64,000 nt of DNA from assembly GCA_040954595.2 (NCBI GenBank), contig CM082595.2:1862635-1926634 (forward strand). Reading direction: 5' to 3'. Below the pieces are notes generated by a model. That model was not told the origin of the DNA, ran no database searches, and saw only the letters and a list, made by a program, of their open reading frames with translations. Shown here piece by piece: positions 48,377 to 62,229 of the stretch. The DNA comes from Balanoglossus misakiensis. Lineage: Eukaryota; Animalia; Hemichordata. The translations under genes and the position numbers were made by a program. Numbering within the stretch: position 1 is the first letter of the stretch; every line of letters starts with the position of its first letter.

Positions 48377-51300
48377 GTAAGTTTTCGTCTTTCTTTGAGG
48401 CTAATTTGTCCTAAATTAGTTTAAGATTTTGATGAGTGAACATGTTGCAGATATCGACTGACATGATTAAAGTGGTTCTTTCGAATTTCGAAGTGTTTCG
48501 TGGCGTCGGACCCGTTGTATGTCACCCAAATTTAAATACCGCCCAACTTTTATAGCAGGCTAGTCATGTTAAAAAATGTTCTCATGGTTTCCTGTTAAAA
48601 TGCCGCGTTTTGGAATTTGAGCCATTTACTTCGTTGTTTCAGCGACTTGAACTCATAATGGGTGATTGTAGTACCTTGTTGGAGAAAAACGTATGTGAAA
48701 TGTACACACTTTGCAATCATTGCCGGACTCGAAATCGCTATTTTTTGACCTAAACATAGTTTGGGAGAATTTAAACATGTCATCAGTGAGCGATAAGGTC
48801 CAGCTGTGGGTTGCATGATTCAAACGTGACTTCGCTGCTGCTATATGTAACTCCTGTGTATGTTTGTGTTGTTTAGATTGTTTAGTTATGTTTCCGAAAT
48901 GGACACTTAGAATTTACATGTCGAAAATGTCGATTTCCAACTTCGCAGTGATGATCAAAATATAGAATCTCTTTACGCGAAGTCGCTGAAAATGAAACCA
49001 GCTTGGCATTTTTACGAAGCTATTTTTATCACAACATACATATTGAATTAATCACGTAATGACGTCCAAGACATTTACACTGGTATTTAGTGGATTATAC
49101 GCCGTTTTGTGGTGTTAGCCTTGTAAATTACGTAAAACGTCCCAAAATCTAAAAAAGTGTAGTGTCCTGCGTCTGAGCGACCTGGGTCACAGCAAGGCAA
49201 ATCGTGCTGGTGTATTGCCAGCTATGCTGTTTTGCATCTCAATGGTATGTGCATATATCTGTTTTGCTGGTTTTTATGCCTAAGTCTTTCAGTTACTATG
49301 GCAACACTTTATTGATCTACAGTAGGAATATACACAAAGGAACAATACGTCCCTTTATCTGCTTGGAAACCAAACCATTATTGCAGCAAATGTCGACCCT
49401 TGTTTTGTGAAACTATGCAATTGTCATGGTAACCAAGTACTTATGATGTCATTTCAATTTTGAATGACAAAAAGAGAATGCAAACATTCTTGACAGCTTA
49501 TCTCTACGCTATTATTTATTGGCCATATTGCTGGTCACACAAACTTAGTTGACTTTAATAAATCTTTGCCATTTTAGCAGAAACTTCAGAGATTATATTG
49601 CTACATTTTAGCACAAAACAGAAATCTGCATTAATAATTGTTTGACCTTTGTACTTTATCTATGCTAATAAATGGCCATGGACTGAGGGTGTTTATAGTT
49701 GGTTGGTCAGTAAACATTGGCATGGAGACTAAATTTGTCGTCATTGTACTGTTGTCTCGTCAAGCACTTTTGTGTTGCCTTTTATTTGCCTTTAAAGTGA
49801 GTTTAACAAGCACTGTGTGAACCCAATTCTTTTGCTTTCTGCCAAGCAAATTTTAAAAATATATGTAAAATTTGTTCATATTTCGGACACTGGTTTATTC
49901 ATGCTTATATGTTTTGTAACATTTCTACCATGCTGACAGTCTTGGCATATAGACAAATGGTGCCACAGACAGACTTTGTTTTGTGACTTAAACGTCACCA
50001 TGGTAACTACAGAAAACAGAGTTGAATGAGATATGATTACAAGCTGTAACCTTTAACCATATCTTTGTATAAATGTGTCGAGTTATTTTAGGGTTTCTAA
50101 CACTTAAAAGTGTGTAGATTTTTAAGCTTAAGCTGTGGTAAATTTTTACTAAACCATGGAAGTTTGAATCAAAGTACAAATAAGTGATTTATAGAGACCC
50201 CTTATTTCTTTCTTTGAACATGTTTTAATATGCCTTAGTACAATTTATAACAATTATCTTGTTTACTGCTTTAGTTAAACCATTGAGATTATGGTCAGAA
50301 ATTTTAAATCTTCAAATAGGTGATCTTTTCATTTGATTGAGCAGAGTGTGTTAAAAATGCCTGGCCTCCAGTGCTTAATGTGTATGCATTTTTTCAAACA
50401 TGTTTCTCTATGCCTGCATAATTGAAATAATAGTTTGCTTATCTTTTGTAAGTTTCATCAAAATATTTTGCATTGTACATGTATGTTTATCCTCAAATGT
50501 ATTCTGTACACTGCAGTTAGAATGACCCTTTATTCTCAGTTTGTAGTTGACAAAAAAAATATATTTTGTAACTTATGTAAAGGGACATTTATAATCAACT
50601 CAAGATGAGACAGTGAGTATATGTTATTAAATGTAAGTAATGCTAAAAGAGCTACTTGACCCAATGACCTTTCATAGAAATATTGTTATAATGTATTTTT
50701 TCCTTCTAAGCCACGAGGTCAGGAAAAGTCATGATTCATATTACTTACCTCATTTTGAAGGCCTATATGGGTTTGTCAAGGTTTTAGGCAGTGACAGAGT
50801 CTTACAAAGTTGCAGAACTTGAAAATAAATGTTAGCGGAGAGATCACAAAAAGCTGTTGATCTGTGGGATTCAAGAGAGTTTGTTTTTTCAATTTCATAG
50901 AGAGGTGAAGGACTTAAAAAAGAACAACTTGGTAGGTTATGTAATGTCTCTAACAGGTCATAAAAACTATAGTTGCAAGGTACATTGTATTGTTTACTCA
51001 TATACATATGTAAAAAAAAAACGTGCTTGAACCGTTCATGTTAAGAATCACTCTATCAAGAATACCTAATATACTAAGATCTGTTATGTTAGACTAAAAA
51101 ACCAAAGTTTGACGAGGGGCATGTTTTAAAACATGCTTTTTGATTTTAATTATTTATGACTTGCAAGTCTTATATGGCTTCTGCCAGCGAGTAATTAAAA
51201 ATGCATAAGTGCCTGGATTTGATTGAGCAATAAATTTGACGAAACTTTGAAGTTTCATTATAAATTCCTTGGACAATTTTTTGAGGAGAATTTACTCAAT

Positions 51301-51651
51301 GAGGCCTCAGATTTTTGGCATTTTTGTAACATTTTTGAAGTTTCAATCACCATTGGATGAACTATGAAGGAAGTGTGGCCCCAACGCTGCCTCCAGGACT
51401 TTGATAAATGGTTATTTTCGCCAGTGTATTCTGTAGAAGATAAATCTGCTTGATGATGTTTTCATTGGAATTCAATACTCATCGCTGATAGTGAAGGGGT
51501 GCAGCAAAAGTACGCAAGGACAGTTAACAACATGATTTCTGTTTATACCGATTTGATATAGGTTTATGTTCACAGTTCTACTCAGATTCATTTGATGAAA
51601 TTTTGTTGTTGTTATATTTTTCAGGACACAATGCATGAGATGTAGTTTTAT

Positions 51652-54600
51652 ATGGACAAAATGGCAAGTCCAGTTATTAAGAAATCGTCGATCAGGTTGG
51701 ATGCAATCTGTGAAAAACTGAAAAGTCGGAATGATGATTCCGGACCTGCAGCTGAGTTAGAAGCCCTGCTGCAGTCCTGTCGAGATGCAGTCACTGCAGT
51801 CACAAATCAAGAGGAGGAAAATGTTTCTGTGGCAACCACTGCATCATCATCACAGGTTGCCACGGTAACATCAGACGATCTTTTAGATAAGGGCAATTCT
51901 GATGGTTCTGAAAAAATGTCAGAAACTGAAAATAACATTTCTACAGACAGCAGCGAGTCTAACGATGCAAGAAGCTCAGGAAGTGATAGTAGTAGCATCA
52001 AATCCACATCTTCCATCACCGGTTTCCATGGCAATGGCGGAGAAGAGGAAAGCCAGCAGAGTTTTGCAGAAGATAACTCGGAGGTCAGCAGTCAAATGGT
52101 TTGTGCAGACGATGGTGATCAACAAGAGAATAGTTTATTCACACAAGATAGTGTCTTAGATTTATCTATGAATGCATCTGCTGACAGGTCTAACTCTGTT
52201 TCCCCGACATCAAGTGCTTCCAAAGATATCCCCAACACTCAGGAAAACGATGTGGTCTACGACCCCAAAATAATCCAAGAATATGCAGAAAGTGGTGTGT
52301 GTGACGATGATTTGTTAGAAGAGACTTTGAATAAGAGTGCTGATGTGACCTGCAACGGGTCACAAGACAGTGAAGGCGCCTTAGATGATTCTCAAGACAC
52401 CCAAGACAGTGAAGTAGCCTATGAAGATGAAGACATGGCCATCGCAGAGGATCTTAGCATGGACAGATCACAGGACTATTGCATGGATACCACACAGGAC
52501 TATAGTATGGATACAACACAGGAATATAGCATGGACACAACACAGGATTACAGCGTTGATATGAATGATGAAAGTGTTGAATTCACCGATATGACAACGA
52601 AGGAAAATATTGAACCTGGACTGTCCTATGATGCAACAGAAGTGCGCAACTATGCTGCTGATACCATGAAGGAGTTCTTAGGACTGTATGGGTATGAACC
52701 AGAAGTCAGAGATATTGAAGACACATTGCCTCTGGACAAATTTAGTTTCAGTAAGTTATTAAGAATTTAGAGTTAATTTTGACGACAGTACATAACGATA
52801 TATTGCTTACTTACTTACCAGAGTTCAAATGATGATTAAAGTTGAACTTTTTTTTGTCCGCAGCGAGTATTTTGAAGCTAGATGGTAGCATTGCCCATGT
52901 AGGAAGGAAATTGGTCTTACCAAATCATTCTATGATTTCTATCGTTGATCCGTCTGGGAAACCAGTTGGCTATTCGAAGTATGATTATTACATCAAGAAG
53001 TTAGAAGCAGGTAAGTCAACAAACCCTGTACATCTTGAACTTGGGATGGTGTGATTTCTGTGTTGACCAATGCAATATGGAGATTGTCATGTAGCTGTGG
53101 TAATCTATAGTAGATATTACTGTGCTATATTGCCCAGGCAGGATATGTGAGATTTTGTGTCTACTCAGTTTGTATTCAAAATATATTTATTCTTTTCTGA
53201 CACTGTGTTGCATTTTACGATTTCATCTACAGGTGAGAGCATAAGCAATGATATTTTGTCCAACACAGGAAATTCCAAGTACGATCATTTAATGAAGAAG
53301 TTGGAGCAAAGCCCAGTATCAAGTCACTCAGGATCCATCACTGTGAAGGAACTCATCAACAGAAACCTACAAGCCAAGAAACAGAACTCAGAAAACGGTG
53401 ACCCGAGTGGTATCAATGCAGGTGTCATGAAACGATCCGCCAGGCCTTCCAAGTATGATCTGATTAATATAGAGAGACTGAAAGATCGAATCAAAGTGGA
53501 TCCAGGGAGAATGGCCCTTGAAAACAGCCGTGGTGGTGCTAGTGCTAAAATGGTCAAATCGCAGGCCAGGATGTCATCAGCTGATTACATCAAGGCATGT
53601 TTCTCGGAAAAGAAAACGTCTTCAGGAAGTTCTCGTGGCAGCAGCAGTAAGGCTGATATCAATTCAATCTTACAAGCCAATGAAATGAATATTTACACCA
53701 AGTACATTGCCAAGTAAGTCAGTGAATTGATTGTGATTTGTAGTTGTAAAGTCGTCTTTCCAGCCTTCTTTGTGTTGAGCTGACAAGTGCCAAGTTGAAT
53801 CATGTGATGATACAAGACTGTAGTACTTACCCTCTGTTATGTTTCACCTGTAGGTTCTCAGCTAGTGTACACTGTGGCCATATGCATTGTGTCTACCAAT
53901 ACAAGGAACACTACCACTGCCTGGATGAGGAGTGCAATTATGTGGTAATAGGCTCTTTTGCTATCACTTCTATTGCCAGCATATGCAAGAAGTCTCTTGT
54001 CAATCAATATCCTTCCAAACTTTCCTTCTTTCCCATGAAAACAATGAAAACGTAGACAATTTTCATAAGAAGTAAAGACTGTTGCGTTGGAAATTAAACA
54101 CACACAAATGAATCATGGTTATGTGAATGTTGGGCTTGCATTTCAATTGACATTCCAGATTTCAGCAAAAATCTGACTGCTTCTTTTCACTATCATTTCA
54201 GAGGTTTACCAGAAAGGAAGACGTCATCCGGCATTACAATTGGCACAAGCGCCGCGACAATTCTTTACAGCATGGTTTTATGAGGTTTAGTCCAACGGAT
54301 GACTGTAATGTTTACTACTCAGGATGTACATTGAACAAGAAACATACTCATTACCATTGTATGCAGGTAGGTTGGTTCTTCATTGAATCTGTGTATATCT
54401 ATACATCTATAGTCTTGCACTTGATAACCTAGTCATTCATTCATTCATTCATTCATTCCTGTTTTCCTTTGACCCCTGACCCCCAGGTTGGCTGCAATAA
54501 AGTGTACACCAGTACTTCTGATATAATCACCCATGAGAACTTCCACAAGAAGAATGCGGCGCTAATCAGCGACGGTTTCCAGAGATTCCGGGCCACTGAA

Positions 54601-57600
54601 GACTGTGGAACACTAACTTGTAGTTTCTACGGTCAGAAGACGACACACTTCCATTGCAGAAGAGCTGGCTGCGATTTCTCATTCAAGAATAAATGTGATA
54701 TTGAAAAGCATAAAGTGTACCATGTCCGAGATGACCAGTACCACAGTGAGGGCTTTAAGAAATTCTCTAAACATGAGGTAAGTTCAGATTTATTCAAGTA
54801 TCTGTGTGTCTAGTTTGCTTATTTTTGTTTTATATGAGTTGATAATGTTGTTCTTACCAAAACATTCACAGTTCTACAGAAACCCTGACTTTGAACGTTT
54901 CCTGTTGTCTGTCTCTCCCGCAGATCTGCAAGTTTGAAGGATGTCGATATTCCAAAAACACCAATCACTTCCATTGCATCCGTCCAGGCTGCGACTTCAC
55001 ATTCACCGCAGCCAATCAAATGGCTTCGCACAAACGTAAGCACGAACGTCGTGAGAGGCTGATCCTGTTTGAGCAGGCCAAGAAACGCAAACAGAAACCC
55101 CTTCTGGCAGTGGAGTCGTTTGAACACGACGCCTCCGATTTGATCGATTATTACGACATCAACGAGACAGGAGAAGTCGCCGACAGTGACGGTCCTGTCA
55201 AGAAGAAGATCAAATTAGAACCAGAAGAGGAAGATGTTGAGAGTCAAGAGAGTGAAGTCAAGTCTGAAGTCGTGCTGTCCGAATCCCCAAGTGCTTCCCA
55301 TGATGCTGATGCTGATCCTAGCTCGTTGCCGCCGGCATTTGCCAAGATCAGTTCCGCCATGAACCAAGAGAAAGAGGGAGAGGAAGAGAACAGTGAAGGA
55401 TTGAGTGACTCCCTCAACCTGCCAGGACCAGATGAAATCAGTCCACCAGTCCAAGTCTGCACTGTTGTTCCGACGACAGTTTCTTCAACAACAGGGAAAC
55501 CACCCATCATTCTCAAATTCAAAACGCAAGAAAACTGGCAAAAGTATATTAAGAGGTATGCAATGATTTGTATGTATGACAAACGAGAGTGTATGTGATC
55601 ACACAGTGTTCACCATTGTCTGTCTGTGTATGAAACTGAAAACTGTTATAGTATCAACTGAGGAATTTAAACAACTGCCATGTTTCTGTCTCTTGCAACA
55701 TTAGCATGGACAATCACAATTATAAATTTGTTTTCTTTTGTTCTGTAGGTTTACCGCCAATGATCCTTGTGAGAGTCGTTGTGTCATGTTGTACAAAGAT
55801 CATTATCATTGCCAGGTCGATGGTTGTCACGAGTTATTCAAATCTAAAGATGGTGTCAACAAGCATGCCAGGTACCACCAGCTGAATGACGAGGCTTCAG
55901 AATATGGATTCAGATATATGCAGGGCGGGCAAGAATGTTTCACATTCTACCCTGGCTGTGTTAATCAGTCTCAACAGCATTATCATTGTGCTTGGGTAAG
56001 TTGGAAATATACTGCATTGAACACATATGATGTACTATGACATAACAGTGTGCCATGGTTATTCTGTCTCTGCTTCTCTCTGTCTCTGAGACTGTCACAT
56101 TTCAAAAATGAGATGTCCAACAAAAATTCATCTTTTCCTTCTTTCACATTACAGACAACAAATTCAGTGGATTACTGTGGCCACATGCTGAACACTTTCA
56201 ATGCCCACTACATGAAGATCCATCACATGAAACACAAGAATGCGCCTCGGCTGACCAAAATCGAGGATGAGGAAGTGAAGCCACCGACCGCAACTTCCAG
56301 AAACGTGTACGGCAGCAGCAGAAGCCATTCGTCCCCACCTGCCAGATACAAGCATGGTATTAACTACGGCTACGTCTTGTACAAGGCTAACCGATGCCCC
56401 ATCACAGATTGCCACCTGAGAAATCGAGCCCACTTCCACTGTACAAAGACGGATTGCCACTACATGACCACATCGGCCGCCAAGATGAACGAGCATAAAT
56501 GGAACGAGAATGCAGCCTATGACGGCTACAGACAACTGAGCAGAAAAGTGGACTGTAAGCGAGCTGGGTGCAAGTATAATCTCATCAAGAAACATTTCCA
56601 CTGCATCAGACCAGGCTGTAAATTCTCCTTCACGTTACAAAGCCAGATGGAAACCCACGCCCGCAAACATCTGCGACGAATCTACGGGAGGAATTTCGAG
56701 AAGCAGCCACAAGCCATGGCCAGTCTAGCTACTGCTACCCAAGTTGAAAAGATCGGACCAGGAGAAGTTGGCCCTGATGATGTCACAGCTGATATCAGCA
56801 TTGACATGAACGGAGAAGCTATGAAGCAAGCGGTACCACTGGTAACGTCACCAGTCAGACCAAAACAAGGCACTCAAACTATACTACCGAAACCAGCTGG
56901 TATGGATGTCAATCAGACAACACCGACTTTCATGAAAGTATCTACAGCTGCGATTGGGGGTACTAACATTGCCTCATCTACCTCATTGACGACTATTACT
57001 GCTATACCTGTTTGTTCCACTGTGACGTCTTCACTGCATTCTACAGCTACCTCACAACCACTGCCACCTTTCACCATTCCCCTGCCTCCCTTAGACGACG
57101 ACGATAACTGCATGCCTCTTCAACTAACCACAAGCACCCCTAAAGCCATCGGGAACGCCAACACTAACAACAACACCATCGTAGTCAACACCGCAACTGG
57201 ACTCCCTAGCAATGCCATTGTCAGCACTGGAATCCCTGGCATAGTGAATACTGGACTCGCTGCCAACACCCTAGTCAACACCGGGCTGCCCGGTAATGCA
57301 GTGGTTCTAGCACCGGCTTCAGCAGCCAACGTCAGCAATGCTGCGGGTACGCTAGTGTACGTCAGCCCAGTGTCTGTCCAGTCAGCCCCTGCACAGGTGG
57401 TCTTGATGCAGCCCCCATCACAGGTGATAAGCAAATCCCCAGGAGCAAAGCCCAAGCTGGTGTCACCAGCAACAGGTAAAGCGCCCAGAAATAAGTATAT
57501 CGATGGGAAAACGCTTCAAGCTATACAAGATCGTTTCTTACGGTTCGATCGCCATGAAGACTGTGGTGACCGTACTTGCCAGTTTTCCATGAGTTCCACA

Positions 57601-58035
57601 CACTATCATTGTATTCATGAGAAATGCGGGTATAAATTTGCAGGGAGAACCCAAATGTTTAAGCATGCGCAGCACCATGACAGAGTGGATAGTTTAGTCT
57701 TAGATGATTTCCAGAGAATCAAAAGTTCGGTAGATTGTGATGTCGAAAATTGCCAGTATGCACAAAGAAATACTCACTTTCACTGCTTGAAATGTACGTT
57801 TGTGTGTACCGATAGTAGCAAAGTTACGGGACACCGTAAATATCATAGCAAATTAGAGGCAGTTTCTGCAGCAGGGTTTAAAATAATCAGTTCATCTGAG
57901 ACGTGTGGTGTGAATGATTGCAAATATGACAAGAAATATTCCCATTTACATTGCATCTATCCAGGATGTACTCATGCAGTTGTAGGAATGTCTTTGATGG
58001 ATGCTCACAGTAGAAAACACCAACAGAAACCATGA
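51652..58035 (+). CDS. CASZ1: Zinc finger protein castor homolog 1, long 11-finger form
   Basis: Exons ~51652-52750, 52864-53010, 53233-53713, 53854-53944, 54202-54365, 54487-54777, 54924-55555, 55749-55995 and 56154-58035. The castor-type fingers are nearly identical to human CASZ1 ([24 protein letters not shown]; [16 protein letters not shown]; [16 protein letters not shown]; [13 protein letters not shown]; RFTANDPC; HFHCIRPGC; [26 protein letters not shown]). The N-terminus contains [10 protein letters not shown]. Confidence 0.96.
52457..52560 (+). repeat. Coding 24-bp tandem repeat in CASZ1 (SMDTTQDY x4)
   Basis: [35 protein letters not shown]. Confidence 0.85.
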
Positions 58036-58526
58036 GAAGAGTTGGTGAAATGAAATGTTTAGATTCAAATGTATTATGCATGCAATTTAACTTTTGTAAA
58101 AAAGGTTTTGGTTGTTATAACTTTCAAGTTTTGTTTTTGTGACCTTTAACATAGGTGATTTTTTGGGTAGTTCAAGAGAATAATCAAGAAATGATATTTT
58201 TCCGTTGAAGAATCTTAGAGATAGTTGATTGAATGGTGCTGTGTTTTAATCCTTTTGATAAATTGGTAGTCTTTCCAAGATTGTTGATTTTTTATTTTTA
58301 TTTACAAATACATGTATGTGGTAGACTTAGGGAAGGGGTATGCTTGACAGTGAATGTTCTGATGTTAAGTCACACAACTGTAGGTCAATCAGCAACTCAA
58401 AATTTTGTAATGTTTGCTGTGATGTTGGAAGTATGATGCTTACTAGCCAAATGATATAATCTGTAATGTTTGTGGCAGTGGTACAGCTATTAGTCTGTAG
58501 GGTTGATATCAGCACATTGATTTGAA

Positions 58527-58612
58527 TGACCCTTTCACCAACATGGTTCAGTCCAAACCTATTGTTTTCTATGGTGCAGTTGGACCTCTAAAGAGGGGAC
58601 TGGGGGTGATAT
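58527..58612 (+). mobile_element. ~90 bp MITE copy 2 (in probable CASZ1 3' UTR)
   Basis: tgaccctttcaccaacatggttcagtccaaacc...ttggacctctaaagaggggactgggggtga. Confidence 0.7.
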
Positions 58613-60009
58613 TAGTGATCTGTACATGAATTACGCTGACGATTGACCCTGTGACATTGACATCAGTACAGTACTCTGGCATAGCTACCTCTGTATCTTC
58701 TATTTAATCAATCTTACATCCCATATTGAGATGACACACTGATTGAAACGTGATCTGTTAATCATAATTCTATAGAATTTGCTGTGTTTCTGTGAAATTT
58801 TTTACTTATTGTCTTTGAGTTCTTTATTCGTTTGATTTAAATGACAATGAATCCTGATATGCAAGAGAGGTCTTTTTATTACAATATGCAGTTCTGTCCT
58901 TTGAGTTTAGGATTTACATGTACAATAAAAGGGAGTTTTAGTGATTTGCAGTTGATTTCATCAAATAAGTACAGAAATAATGGAGTAATTATCAATTTGA
59001 GTAAACATAGCAATTTAATCTACCAATACTAGTGCCTAGACATGTCTGCATATACCAATTTCTAGTACTAGTACAAAGGTGACCATTGGTAGCCAGTCAG
59101 TGTTAATACACAGATAACTAGCGATAATCTACCAGAACTAGTGCCTAGATAAGAGTTTCTGGTTATCAATGGTTAGTATAGGTTCTAGCAGTATAGGTTG
59201 ATAAGGTATGCTAATCCACAATATCTAGCATGAAAATGAACAAGTGTTAACCTACTAATACTAGCATATTGTCCAGGGTTAACCTACCAATACTTAGTCA
59301 ACCAAATTGTTGATAACCAGACAGTGGTAATTTACCAAACTTAGCTGCTGAATAAAGTCTGCTGCAGTCGAGAGTAATTCAACATAGGTCCCCTGAAGTA
59401 AATGTTATAACTTGAAAATACTCTGAAATTTGCAGACGTCAGTCTTTCAAGATCATTTACTTTCATTTTCTGTCATTTTTTTTTCAAATCGAGGACACTT
59501 GGTAGATATTTTTGACATTTTTATATTGCTAGAAGGATGGTAACTGATAGAATAATTTCCCTTCCTCTGAAATGTTGAGTTTATGGGAAATAGTCGCATT
59601 TATATAGATAGAAGTATTGTAGCTTACATGTATATGAGAGTAAATTATAGACTAGTGTAAGATTTGTCAGTGACAAGTTTGAATCATGAGATTTTCACAA
59701 TACCATGGATATCTGTCTCCATTGCTTTGCATTACAATTCACTTTTGACAGTGGTATGTAAATACAGAACACTTCACATGGATTTGGCAGTGTTTTGGAA
59801 ACATTTTCTAAACAACATTCTACATTGAACATTTTCAATGCATGCATATTTGCAAGGAGTTTATCACTGGTATGTCAAAATTTTTGACGATATGAAGCTC
59901 AGGAATTGATGAGTGTCCTGCTTCATATTGCGTGTGTGGCTGATACCTGGCTTTAACTTCATCCTGTAGTGTGTATTCTCCAGGAAAGCATCCCTTGAAT
60001 ATCCAACCT

Positions 60010-60100
60010 TTACCCTTTCACCACCATGGTTCAGTCCAAATCCATTGTTTTCCATGGCAAGATTGGACCTCAAAAGAGGAGACTGGGGGTGAAAGGGTAA
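60010..60100 (+). mobile_element. ~90 bp MITE copy 3, best preserved (piggyBac-like CCC...GGG termini)
   Basis: Terminal inverted repeats TTACCCTTTCACC...GGTGAAAGGGTAA, with an internal gtccaa/ttggac stem. Confidence 0.78.
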
Positions 60101-62229
60101 GACATTTGTGCCATAACCCTTCAGAAAAGTGTGTTTTCAAAAACGGTAATCTTTGTTACTGTTAAGACTGATGGTAGAAGCATACCGTACAATACAGCAA
60201 GTTTAGAGGTAGAACAGATATTTTATATTCCCTTATATCACTTGTACAAAATGAGTGTTTTAAAATCTATGCAGTAAATGACTTTACTATAAGTTAATAT
60301 GGTACATTTCTTCCAGAAATTTTCATCAAATGCAGTTTTTTTACCTTTACATGTTAATGAGATGGAATATTTTTGTTTCTGTTTATTCATGGGTAACCGG
60401 GTTAGAACACATGTAATTGCATCATGTTAGATATTTTTTGATTGACTTGTATTCCATGATTTTGTACAATATATAAAGTGTCTCTAGTCGCACAGAGAGA
60501 ATCATGACTTTCAACACTAAATCCATATCACAAATATTAGATTTTTCTAATATAGGGGACATTTTATCATTTAGGACTTCAATTTCACACGCTCTAAGTC
60601 TGTCTAAACCCTTCACACATTTCAATATTGTTGTCCTTCTGTTTAACACAGTAACTTTCCACCAAGGCAGAGATCTCAAACCAACAGCATCATATTAGGA
60701 AATTTTAGGTAAACTGTGTCACCACGAAGTCGGAAACAATGTTTAGTGTTGATATGTAAATACACAGCATTGCCCTGATCATCGTTTTGTACATTGAACC
60801 TCCATGACCCAGAACACCACGGTCTATAAATGCCACCTCACATAGAATCGTAATTACATGTTGTGAAGGATGAGTTATTGTTTAGAATTCAAACACAGGG
60901 TTGCTATAGCTGTGTGGTGTACTTTGCACTGAGTGGATTGACAGCAATATCACCATGCACTTTGTTTTCTCAAGTGGAAATATGCAGTGATACTTGATGT
61001 GAACCCAAAAACACCCCTAGAGTAAAGCCAAGACCAGGTCTATTACACCGTGAAATCAATGATGTCATTGCTATCCTATTTCTCAACTTGCCATGAATCC
61101 ACACCTACAATGTAAAGTGATAAATCCAGTTCTTCCTCTGGCAAGACTTGATCTTTAGCAGAAAATTGACCAGTGCTTTATTGTCAAGACTCATGTCAAC
61201 AATATCACCAATTTTCCCATTCTCTGTAATTGATCTCTGTACTGTGATGTCATTGATTTCTGTGGTGTGTTATTGTGGTGGTGTATATCTGGGCCTATGG
61301 TCTTTCACCAACACAAGAACCATCTTGTGGTATAACCTGTCACCTGACCAATTCAGATCTTTTACAGTTAGGGGGACTGTGACTTTACATGTAGGTAGTA
61401 ATGCACAATGTATACTATTATTAACAAACTACAGGGTTTCCATGGATACAGGTTCTATTTTTATTTGATTAAGGGTGTTTTTTCTATGCCAATTTAGCAT
61501 TCACCACAGCTTTTTTTTATATTGGTCATTGTAATTCACACAAGAACCAGTCATGACTTTCACGTGTGTTCAAAAATGAAATGCAAATATGGTTTTATTG
61601 GTGAAGTAATTCAATAGCAATCTTGTAATCATAAATGACTGCTTGTAATACCAATGAACTAAATAAACAAACATAATAAAGAATTTGTCTTGTCTTTTTA
61701 TTGATTTCCATCCAATCATCCAAGATTTCTCATGAACACCCACTCACTGATTATGTACTATTGTTCCCAGAAGCCAACAGACTGCAGTACTGAATCTTGT
61801 TTTAAACTTACTGCTGTAAAAACGCAAATGAAACTGCAATATCAAAAAGTTATCTTACTGTAAAATTTACAGAGCTATAAAATTATCTGGAAGGATTCAA
61901 AATATCTCCACTTTCTACAAAATGTTTATTTACATTGTAAAAGTCAGTCTCTACAAGGACAGGTGTTAGTATACAAAACTTGAAACTGACTAAATAAATA
62001 TGTAATTGTCAAGATTGAAACAATTTTGATCATTCAATTAAGTATATTCATCCAGTTGATAATTAACAAACTACGGTGTATGAATATAAAATATACTGTG
62101 TTTAGGAGTTCTAAGGTTAGATATGGAAATATGCCCAGTTTATCAGCATCTTATGCAATATCCCAGCATGCAATGTTCCATCATTCATAACATCACAGGG
62201 TGGTCAAAGTTGAGAGTTCAAAGGTCACT

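Noticed and set aside
56164-57455. Antisense ORFs of 63-145 aa over the CASZ1 last exon, and similar shadow ORFs over other exons
   Set aside because: They are by-products of codon bias on the coding strand and have no independent splice or homology support.
59015-59345. Recurring aacctaccaatactag-like words as a CRISPR-like or structured array
   Set aside because: Copies are degenerate, irregularly spaced and in both orientations within a eukaryotic 3' UTR, consistent with a decayed repeat. There are no cas genes.
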